IMG/VR virus record: IMGVR_UViG_3300029288_000079
Coordinates: 117,734 to 181,733 of that record
Direction: 5' to 3' (one strand)
DNA: 64,000 nucleotides
From: a virus
Lineage: Duplodnaviria; Caudoviricetes
The position numbers and the translations under genes are program-made. This document shows, piece by piece, positions 50,097 through 57,904 of this stretch; positions within the stretch are counted from its first letter, which is position 1, and the number at the start of each line of letters is the position of its first letter. The notes under the pieces are model-generated. The model made no database searches. It was not told the origin of the DNA and saw only the letters and a program-made list of their open reading frames with translations.

Positions 50097-50180
50097 TATA
50101 AAAACAACCCTTATCTTATCTTACCTCACCCCACCCTACCATACCGGACCACACTATACCGGACCAAACCATACCTAGCT
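50097..50180 (-). ncRNA. GGT-NN array 1 with conserved tail
   Basis: AGCTA GGTAT GGTTT GGTCC GGTAT AGTGT GGTCC GGTAT GGTAG GGTGG GGTGA GGTAA GATAA GATAA then GGGTTGTTTTTATA; begins 15 nt after the RAMP gene stop. Confidence 0.78.
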
Positions 50181-50195
50181 AATTTTAAATAAAGT

Positions 50196-50774
50196 TTAAT
50201 TCTTGGTCTTTTCCCAGCTTACAATTTTTGCATCGAATCGACCATAGTAGCCCCCACTTGCTGGACGGAATCTTCCTAGTCCAACAAATAGACCTGCTTG
50301 TTTTAGATAACGCTCTAAAACATCTTTTGTGATCTTCTCATCTACTACATATATAATAGCTTCTCCGGACCATTTATCAATCTTAGGAAAACATTTCATA
50401 ACCCTTTTTGTTCCCCCGGTTTGACCATCAGAAGGCACGTGTAACCATTCTCCCTCTATCTTATCTTTTATAATAGGAAGTTCAATAGGATCGGTAACAA
50501 GAATGCCTGCCTTGAAATTCTTTGTCCATTTGCAATTACCCTCACCCTCGATCTTCTCACTCAGGTACTTTGCAATATTTGCCAGGCAATTCTTTATAGC
50601 TGTTGGAGGTATATAAACATAACCCTCAGAATTGTAATGACATCTCTCCCGCCAAGTTCTTGCTTCATATGCCTTATCAGACTCTTTGCCTGACTCTTTC
50701 GGTGTGTCATGAAACCGACTGAAAGATATAGGACTGTTCTCTAAGGACTTGAATTGAACTCTTGCTGTATACAT
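50196..50774 (-). CDS. Solo Cas7-like RAMP protein (Vipr-like)
   Basis: N-terminal strand plus SPI, YIPPTAIKNCL (Cas7 IP..s.K..l motif), C-terminal Gly-rich loop AGLFVGLGRFRPASGGYYGRF; adjacent pentamer arrays. Confidence 0.75.
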   Translation of the reverse strand: MYTARVQFKSLENSPISFSRFHDTPKESGKESDKAYEARTWRERCHYNSEGYVYIPPTAIKNCLANIAKYLSEKIEGEGNCKWTKNFKAGILVTDPIELPIIKDKIEGEWLHVPSDGQTGGTKRVMKCFPKIDKWSGEAIIYVVDEKITKDVLERYLKQAGLFVGLGRFRPASGGYYGRFDAKIVSWEKTKN

Positions 50775-50831
50775 AATTTTAAACCTTTCTTTAAATGTGT
50801 TACATTTAGTTAGTTATACAACTATAATCTA

Positions 50832-51407
50832 TTATACAGGAAATTCTTCACCTAAGTATTGCCTTAATTCACTTCCTCGATGCTTGATATGTCGAAGAGC
50901 CTTCTCTTTAATTGCCCTTACCACTTCTCTAGACAAATTTAATTCAGCTCCTATTTCATCTAGAGTTTTCCTATCTTGACCTAAACCAAAGTATTCCTTA
51001 ATAACAATCGCCTCCCGTCCAGGCAATTTTTTCAAAACACCACTCAAGTCCTCATCAAAGGATTCTTTTAACAACTTCAACATTATTGGATCACCTCTTT
51101 GATCGATGATTCTTTTTCCCACCTCGTCATCTACTAGAAAATATTTCTTCCCTTCATTTAAAGCCCATCCATAAGATTGTGCCCATTCTGGAAATAGTTC
51201 TGCCGGATCAAGCCTCATCTCAAATGCTATTTTTTCCAAATGATGCTTAGCTGTTTTTTGGAATCTCTCAGCAGATGCATATACACTCTTACTTACCCCT
51301 AATTGTTCAGCCATATCAGTTTGCGTTAACCCGAGATGCTCACGTTTTGTAAGTAACACATTGTTCTTTGCTTTGAACTCTATCCTAATATTTTTTATGA
51401 TATCCAT
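50832..51407 (-). CDS. XRE-HTH plus sigma70 region-4 transcriptional regulator
   Basis: REHLGLTQTDMAEQLGVS; LPGREAIVIKEYFGL...TLDEIGAELNLSREVVRAIKEKALR. Confidence 0.8.
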   Translation of the reverse strand: MDIIKNIRIEFKAKNNVLLTKREHLGLTQTDMAEQLGVSKSVYASAERFQKTAKHHLEKIAFEMRLDPAELFPEWAQSYGWALNEGKKYFLVDDEVGKRIIDQRGDPIMLKLLKESFDEDLSGVLKKLPGREAIVIKEYFGLGQDRKTLDEIGAELNLSREVVRAIKEKALRHIKHRGSELRQYLGEEFPV

Positions 51408-51456
51408 AATTTTAAAGTTGTTAAATATGCTGAGCCCTCTCTTGCAAAACTAGAGT

Positions 51457-51642
51457 TCATCTTGTTTTATTCTGAGATAAATTTTTCAATTCATTCTGTG
51501 CTCTTTGTAAAGAAAGCTTGGGTAAGCAAACTGAATTTTGAGTATAATTATAGATTGGACAATCTATGCAATCGAAATGTCCATAAAAACACAATCCCTT
51601 GTGATCAATGATATACTGCAATATTTTCTTTTTATCTTTCAT
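51457..51642 (-). CDS. Small Cys-rich protein
   Basis: G.C...C..CPI...C. Confidence 0.55.
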   Translation of the reverse strand: MKDKKKILQYIIDHKGLCFYGHFDCIDCPIYNYTQNSVCLPKLSLQRAQNELKNLSQNKTR

Positions 51643-51988
51643 GATTTTTTTTATTTCCTTTCTTTATAATCCCCCTGCCGTAACAATGTGTACATTTGGA
51701 ACCTACTCCAGTTCCACCACATGTATAACATGTATATTGAGTTTCTCTCATACCTTTACAAGCAAGACAGGGATGATATCCTCTTACGCCACTACCCCTA
51801 CAAGTAACGCAAAGTTTAATTACCATTCCAGTACCTCTGCATTTATAACAGATACTGGAATAGCCTCTTCCATTACAATATATACATTTGGAATATTTCA
51901 CAATCTGCCTGTGAGATGCAGTATCCTGAGCATTCATAGGCAGACTGATTGCAAATAGTAATAACGATATGTATAAAATCTTCTTCAT
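51632..51988 (-). CDS. Secreted protein with DnaJ-type CxxCxGxG repeats
   Basis: Signal peptide plus six CxxCxGx(G) units. Confidence 0.7.
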   Translation of the reverse strand: MKKILYISLLLFAISLPMNAQDTASHRQIVKYSKCIYCNGRGYSSICYKCRGTGMVIKLCVTCRGSGVRGYHPCLACKGMRETQYTCYTCGGTGVGSKCTHCYGRGIIKKGNKKNHER

Positions 51989-51994
51989 AGTAAA

Positions 51995-53224
51995 TTACTT
52001 AGAACTAGCACAGCGAAATCCATGAAAACCCTCTACTCCATTAGGATACTTATCATTACGAAAATCTATGTCACAATTAGCTTTACCCCAATAGAATATA
52101 CCACCACGAAGCACTCTAAGAGATTGTGTTGTTGATGGGCCTTTTGGGTCTACACTACCTCCATTTGGATAAACGGTAGTATACCAATCCCAACACCATT
52201 CATCCGTGTTCCCACTCATATCATAGAGTCCAAGCTCATTAGGCAATTTCAATCCCACATCATGAGTAGTAGACCCAGCATTCAAACTATACCATGCTAC
52301 GGCTTCAATATCATTTCCCCCACTGTATGTATAGCCCATACTATTGTTACCACCTCGAGCTGCAAAGTTCCACTCTGCCTCTGTAGGCAAACGATAGCCA
52401 TTAACTGCCCAATTCACAGCATCTATATTAATATCAATAGATCCTATACGATATACTGTTGCTTTCGTACTGTCTGTGTAATATGCGGGAGTAAATCCTT
52501 CCTTTTCAGAACGAGCGTTGCACCATTTTACAGCATCATACCAACTTATTCCTACAACAGGATTATTTGTCCCATTAGGATTACGTCCATCCGATCCTGA
52601 AGCCAAATCGGAGTACCCGTGAGATATTGCCCAATCCCTCACCTCAGTCCATATGGGGTATGTTACTTCATATTTGTCTATCTTAAAATTACTGATAGCA
52701 ATATTAACCGTATCTATACTAAATGTACCTCCAGTAATTGATACCATATCTGTTGTTATCACAGGAATTACTTCAGCTTCAGTTTTAAATGACCATACAT
52801 CACTTGTTGCTAAAATGCCTTTATTATTTTTTACAACAATCTTCCGATAATAATATGTATTGCTTAAAAGATTATTGACATATAAACTATCTACATTTAA
52901 ATTTTCATATGTAACAGAGATTAATGTACTATCATTCCCAAAGTAAACATCGTAGAGAAGTGTGTCATTATTTGTATTTGGATACGCCCATTTGAGAATT
53001 ACAGATGAATATGGTATATCTGTAGCATTGTTTGCAGGTGAGAGATTGAGGATAACTTCATTTGTGATATATTGATTAGTATCAACTGGATCCTCTGTAT
53101 CAGAACTAACAGGACTACTTTCTTTACAAGAACTTAATACAAGAATAAATAATAGAGACAAACACAATCGAGTAATAAATTCATATAAATTATTCCACTC
53201 AAAATATTTGCTTGTACTTTTCAT
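51995..53224 (-). CDS. Lipoprotein with formylglycine-generating-enzyme (SUMF1/C-lectin fold) domain
   Basis: Lipobox LSSC; KYEVT, PVVGISWYDAVKWCN, YRLPTEAEW, PNELGLYDMSGN..EWCWD, RVLRGG, GFRC. Confidence 0.9.
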   Translation of the reverse strand: MKSTSKYFEWNNLYEFITRLCLSLLFILVLSSCKESSPVSSDTEDPVDTNQYITNEVILNLSPANNATDIPYSSVILKWAYPNTNNDTLLYDVYFGNDSTLISVTYENLNVDSLYVNNLLSNTYYYRKIVVKNNKGILATSDVWSFKTEAEVIPVITTDMVSITGGTFSIDTVNIAISNFKIDKYEVTYPIWTEVRDWAISHGYSDLASGSDGRNPNGTNNPVVGISWYDAVKWCNARSEKEGFTPAYYTDSTKATVYRIGSIDINIDAVNWAVNGYRLPTEAEWNFAARGGNNSMGYTYSGGNDIEAVAWYSLNAGSTTHDVGLKLPNELGLYDMSGNTDEWCWDWYTTVYPNGGSVDPKGPSTTQSLRVLRGGIFYWGKANCDIDFRNDKYPNGVEGFHGFRCASSK

Positions 53225-53297
53225 TGTAAAATCCTCCTATTATATTGAGAACAATAATTAGTTAATTAATTTGTTTCTTCATTCTGTTCTCTGATAT

Positions 53298-53326
53298 AAT
53301 ATACACATATTAATCATATGAGTCAA
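53298..53326 (-). promoter_or_regulatory. Sigma70-like promoter TTGACT-N17-TATATT
   Basis: Near-consensus hexamers with 17-bp spacer. Confidence 0.6.
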
Positions 53327-53360
53327 TACTTACAAAAGTATAATTTTAGTGTATTTTAGG

Positions 53361-54323
53361 CTAAAATAGCATAATTTTCAATCTTTCCTTTCCGATTTCA
53401 CCATAAGTTAAAGCCCCGCTCCAAAACAACATTAAGCTTGGTATGAAAAAATAACGATCCCCACCACCAAACCAATCTACCATAAAAAAATTTTCAGATA
53501 ACCTAAATAATGCAGCTATCAAAAATAAAAAATGTATTGCAATAAATATAGAAACTTCTTTTACCTTCCTTCCATAATACATGAAAGATAATAATATAAC
53601 ATAGTATAATACATTCATATAGATCAATAAATTTGATATTCCTAACATTTGACCTATAGTTCTGTGAGGTACAATAAATATATAATGAACTATATCAACT
53701 GAATGTGTAAATGGTGGAATTGATGTAATACCTATTAATTGTATTGTAGTACTTATGCAAACAGTAACTAATAAATCTCTCCTACACAAAATATATAATG
53801 GTATTAAAATAATAGCAAAAACACTTGATAATCCTACAAATAACACAAGTAAATTATCTCCAATAGATTGCCACTTGGTTTTAGGATATTCTTTTATAAA
53901 TAACATGATAAGAGCTACAGCTAAAATCCATTGCAAGTAACTTATACTAAATAATATCTCTGAATATGTTATCGATACTATAGCAAGAGAAAACATCATT
54001 ACACATTTTATGTCATCATTTAATTTTATTCTACTTGATAAAATATTAATAAAGACTATACAGGTAATACCAAAACTAATCCAAGAATACAATAGAGGGG
54101 AATCGGTTAAGAATGCAATAATTCTTGGAATAAGATGATAATAACCATTATAAGGTGTAATAAAGGCCATCAATGAGCTCCGTTGAGAGCTAAATATCCA
54201 TAAATCTTCACGGAATAGTTCTGGATTAATTAAAAATTCCAAACGACCTATTACTATAAATAAAATACTAAGCACTAATATTGCTACTACCTTTATATTT
54301 TGTAATCTTATCATGTAATTCAT
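53361..54323 (-). CDS. Multi-pass membrane protein, GT-C/Gtr glycosyltransferase-like
   Basis: About 9 TM segments; ED...PYNGYYHLIPR..A and DRYFFIP. Confidence 0.55.
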   Translation of the reverse strand: MNYMIRLQNIKVVAILVLSILFIVIGRLEFLINPELFREDLWIFSSQRSSLMAFITPYNGYYHLIPRIIAFLTDSPLLYSWISFGITCIVFINILSSRIKLNDDIKCVMMFSLAIVSITYSEILFSISYLQWILAVALIMLFIKEYPKTKWQSIGDNLLVLFVGLSSVFAIILIPLYILCRRDLLVTVCISTTIQLIGITSIPPFTHSVDIVHYIFIVPHRTIGQMLGISNLLIYMNVLYYVILLSFMYYGRKVKEVSIFIAIHFLFLIAALFRLSENFFMVDWFGGGDRYFFIPSLMLFWSGALTYGEIGKERLKIMLF

Positions 54324-54925
54324 AGATTGGTTATTACACCTTTATCATTACATCTATAAAATACACTATCCTTATTCTTAGGAAACAACCATCGATGAGG
54401 TATCTCGTAAAGATATGAGTTAATTACATGTAATTCTTCCTTAGCAGTAATCCAATTCTCCTCAAATATAGCTAAGTCTACTATTGTGTATCCCCTCAAT
54501 GTAAGATCTGTTTCCCTATCAGGTTTCTTAGAATCCCCATTCCAATAGTATGGAAGATAAGAAAGAACTAAATCACGCAGGGTAAGGTATACAGGTTCTC
54601 TTCCCTTTAACTCCTTATGTAAGGCTTGGCCAACAGTACCCCACATACCCCCCTTTCTATAGACGAATAACATATGATCCATATCCCTGGCCTCACAACA
54701 TAGAATCAATGGTGGATATTTATGTTGTGAAAGTATTGCAGCAGTAAATAGAGCCCCTTCTAAACAATGAGCTCTATTTGACTTCAATACTCTACGAAAA
54801 GATTTGATGGTATCCCCTCCATCATAGGTAATATTTTTATCTATAAACCGCTGCACCTTTTCAGGTGTATCCAGCCTATTTATAAGAGATTGCTCTTCCG
54901 GAGTATATACAATTTCTACTTTCAT
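54320..54925 (-). CDS. Transglutaminase/papain-like fold hypothetical protein
   Basis: AHCLEGALFTAA, DHMLFVY, LRDLVLSY. Confidence 0.55.
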   Translation of the reverse strand: MKVEIVYTPEEQSLINRLDTPEKVQRFIDKNITYDGGDTIKSFRRVLKSNRAHCLEGALFTAAILSQHKYPPLILCCEARDMDHMLFVYRKGGMWGTVGQALHKELKGREPVYLTLRDLVLSYLPYYWNGDSKKPDRETDLTLRGYTIVDLAIFEENWITAKEELHVINSYLYEIPHRWLFPKNKDSVFYRCNDKGVITNL

Positions 54926-54953
54926 GTCGGCCCTTTTTAATTAATATTTTTCA

Positions 54954-55125
54954 TAGTTCCCAAGACTGGACTCGAACCAGCATTATCCATGTCCGTATTT
55001 TGTCCGAATGGCGTTTTTCCTGTTTTTTTTGTTTATCAATCGAGCCGTTTTCTAGCCTTTTATGGCGTGATTCAGTGTTTGAATTAACATATGCTATTAC
55101 CAAACGATAATAGCTTACAAGGGAA
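54954..55125 (-). ncRNA. tRNA-like element with a 92-nt insert in place of the anticodon loop
   Basis: T-arm GCTGG-TTCGAGT-CCAGT, D-arm GCTATT/AATAGC, stem TATGTT/GACATG, acceptor TTCCCTTG/CTTGGGAA (2 mismatches). Confidence 0.55.
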
Positions 55126-55161
55126 ACCAAAATAATCAAATTAACAACCACCACTTGACTT

Positions 55162-56163
55162 CTATTTAGTTAACAACATTCTTTGTACCAAGCTTTGTTC
55201 TTTATATTGCAGCCGTGCAAAGTATATTCCTGATGCCAGACAATGAGCATTGAATGTAGCTATAATATAATGACCTGCTTGGGCCTGACCTGAGAATAAA
55301 ATTGCCACCTCCTGTCCAATCACATTATAAACCTTCAATGATACATACCCATCCTGAGGAACTGAGAATCTGATCTCTGTAGAAGGATTAAATGGATTTG
55401 GATAATTATTTCCAAGTCGTAGTTCACCGCTTACCCCAACATCTATTTTTGGTTGATTGGCTATATATACAGTTTCAACTCCATTATTATCAATCTGAAT
55501 AAGACGATAGATATATGCATTAGGAGAAAGGCTTTCATCTTTATATGAATAAGAATTCTCTACATCACTCGTCCCTCTACCTTCAATGAATGTAACATAT
55601 ACCCAGTTATCTGTATTCTCAATACTACGTTCGACTCTAAAACCACTATTGTTCAACTCTGTCGCAGTAACCCAATTAAGCTGGGCAGTATTACCAGTAA
55701 GTTTGACTGTGAAAGATGTCAATTCTACAGGCAAAACTCTGGGTTCTGTATCTCTGTTAATAATAACTGAATCATTACCAATCTTAACTATTACTTCATT
55801 TAAAACTCCAGGACTTTTAAACGTGGGGAACTTAATCCACATTGTTTTTCCACTATCAACGGGAAATTCTGGACCATACAATGTGTTATGAGTTCCAGGA
55901 TAAAAATATTGAAGATTAGTCAGTGATGAGCTCCAACTAGATCTTGCTGGTAATGTTATTAAAAAATATGGGTCATCATTTGAAATATATATCATTGTAT
56001 CTGCATCATTAATATATCCAAATGTGCAGGTTGTATATCCGCTACCATGCACATTGGTAAGCAATGTAATATGTATATTTTCATATACACCAGGATCATA
56101 TGCCGAGACAGACACACTGGCCAGTAACAACACAAATAAACTTACAAATAACAAGCGTTTCAT
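55162..56163 (-). CDS. Secreted protein with T9SS type-A C-terminal sorting domain
   Basis: Signal peptide; LPVELTSFT..LNW.TATE.NN.GF.VERS; NYPNPFNPSTEIRFS...LKVYN..GQEVA.L...LASGIYF. Confidence 0.9.
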   Translation of the reverse strand: MKRLLFVSLFVLLLASVSVSAYDPGVYENIHITLLTNVHGSGYTTCTFGYINDADTMIYISNDDPYFLITLPARSSWSSSLTNLQYFYPGTHNTLYGPEFPVDSGKTMWIKFPTFKSPGVLNEVIVKIGNDSVIINRDTEPRVLPVELTSFTVKLTGNTAQLNWVTATELNNSGFRVERSIENTDNWVYVTFIEGRGTSDVENSYSYKDESLSPNAYIYRLIQIDNNGVETVYIANQPKIDVGVSGELRLGNNYPNPFNPSTEIRFSVPQDGYVSLKVYNVIGQEVAILFSGQAQAGHYIIATFNAHCLASGIYFARLQYKEQSLVQRMLLTK

Positions 56164-56226
56164 AAAACCTCCTTTATTTAATATACAACAAATTGCTCAC
56201 TTAGTGAGCGTTATTTATATAGATAA

Positions 56227-56634
56227 TCAAATTCCTTCATGCCCTTCAATACCCACATTTGGAGTAATAATTGGATCTACAGTCCCATTATCTGGAACTA
56301 TTATGGCAGACTTTTCAGCTGCCTGGTCCTCCTGAAGTTTATTCCATGCATTTAAAATAGATTGCATAATAAAAGGATACCCTGAATATTTTAATGCGGG
56401 GGCTTTAAATATTGAATATGCCAACCACTCTAGTGCATGCAACATGTATGCACCGTTCATATTATTATATATAGACATAACATCTACATGATCTTTATTT
56501 TCCACCCCCTCAACGAAACAAATTAACACTGAGCTTACAGGATTAGAATTTATTATTTCTATCATTTTTTTCTTTGCTTCCTCTTTACTCGCAAAAGTTT
56601 CCCCCTGCATAGTTTCATTCGTGTCTTGATTCAT
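56227..56634 (-). CDS. Hypothetical protein
   Basis: AAGGA SD. Confidence 0.6.
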   Translation of the reverse strand: MNQDTNETMQGETFASKEEAKKKMIEIINSNPVSSVLICFVEGVENKDHVDVMSIYNNMNGAYMLHALEWLAYSIFKAPALKYSGYPFIMQSILNAWNKLQEDQAAEKSAIIVPDNGTVDPIITPNVGIEGHEGI

Positions 56635-56668
56635 AACTATATCCTTTAATTTATAATTATTAGAATTT

Positions 56669-57010
56669 TTATTTAAGATCCTTACCTGCTAATTTATCTT
56701 TTACTCTTCTTACAATCCAAGGATAATCTTCTGCAAATACCTCATTAAAATCAGTCAAGTATAAAATAAGAGTATCCTGAAACATATCAGTAGTATCATT
56801 ATTTATCATCTTCAATCTCACAGTATCCAAATCACTTTTAAACCTAATAACTTGATTTTTTACACATATAAATTCACTCTTATTAACCAAAGTATCAATA
56901 ACTATGTTATTCTTCACAGAGATACACTTTATACTATCCTCTAAATAATATACCCATATAAAGGCTAATGATATACAAATTATTATAAACATATTATATT
57001 TCTTATACAT
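56669..57010 (-). CDS. Hypothetical membrane-anchored protein
   Basis: N-terminal TM. Confidence 0.55.
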   Translation of the reverse strand: MYKKYNMFIIICISLAFIWVYYLEDSIKCISVKNNIVIDTLVNKSEFICVKNQVIRFKSDLDTVRLKMINNDTTDMFQDTLILYLTDFNEVFAEDYPWIVRRVKDKLAGKDLK

Positions 57011-57491
57011 TTTTATTTACTCCATTTAATATATCAATAGCTTTTAATGAATCATTATAATTTATACCATATCTCTCATCTACCTTAACAAAATTATTAT
57101 TTTGATTACCCAACATATCAGTATCATCGTCCAGTATAACATGGGATTCTACATCTTTATGTGTGGATAGCCAAGCCTCAATCTCCGCACCTCGAACTGA
57201 ATTAACAATGGAAGGAGTAATATCAATAACTTCACCAAAAATACCTCTATCTCTCCACATCTGTTGCATAATAGATAATCCACTAAACCTCCACACCGAA
57301 GATATAACTATCTTTGCATTAGTTTGTCTTATTATACTTTCAAGATGCATGCAACATCTCGGATCAAAGCAATCCCCGTACTTATCAAAATGTTTAATAT
57401 CTTCTTTTCTAGATTCTTGAACAGCATAATATGCATGAAGATAATCCATAGAATTTAAAACTCCATCAATATCTAAAAATATAATCTTCAT
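57003..57491 (-). CDS. HAD-domain protein (RNA-repair 'Swiss Army Knife' type)
   Basis: IFLDIDGVLN, IVISSVWR, RGAEIEAWL, VILDDD. Confidence 0.8.
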   Translation of the reverse strand: MKIIFLDIDGVLNSMDYLHAYYAVQESRKEDIKHFDKYGDCFDPRCCMHLESIIRQTNAKIVISSVWRFSGLSIMQQMWRDRGIFGEVIDITPSIVNSVRGAEIEAWLSTHKDVESHVILDDDTDMLGNQNNNFVKVDERYGINYNDSLKAIDILNGVNKNV

Positions 57492-57645
57492 TACTTATCA
57501 TTCCCCCTAAGATCCTCACTAAAATCTAATTCAAAATCTAAATCTTTAAGCTGATGATTTAAAAATACTACACCACCAATTACAACAATACCTGCTAAGA
57601 TGCTAAGTAACAATAATTTTTTCATAATCACTCCTATTTTATAAA

Positions 57646-57843
57646 TTACTTTTGTAAACGATAAAGAGCATACCCCATTAGTAATATAAATATAGCTATG
57701 GGTATTATTGCTTTAGGTTCTGCAATCATTAGTATAACTATAAAAATACTCAAACCTATTATTCCAATAAATGCAAATACAGAAGAATCACTATCTTTAC
57801 TTAAAATACAAAGAAGTAATATAAAAGAAAGTAATGCTATCAT
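57646..57843 (-). CDS. Small membrane protein
   Basis: Three hydrophobic segments. Confidence 0.55.
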   Translation of the reverse strand: MIALLSFILLLCILSKDSDSSVFAFIGIIGLSIFIVILMIAEPKAIIPIAIFILLMGYALYRLQK

Positions 57844-57872
57844 ATAGTATTTTCCTTAAATCCTTCATAAGA

Positions 57873-57901
57873 AATTTAATAAAAATACTATGCTAAGTCA
57901 A
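57873..57901 (-). promoter_or_regulatory. Sigma70-like promoter TTGACT-N17-TAAATT
   Basis: Shares GTATTGACT with 53298-53326. Confidence 0.5.
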
Positions 57902-57904
57902 TAC

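Noticed and set aside
48819-50180. Canonical CRISPR array next to the Cas7-like gene
   Set aside because: No 25-45-bp repeats alternating with unique spacers; the period is 5 nt and the shared tail is only 14 nt
54951-55154. 67-aa ORF, or tmRNA
   Set aside because: The ORF overlaps a better-supported tRNA-like fold; tmRNA is unlikely given the length and the lack of a G3-U70 Ala acceptor and tag frame
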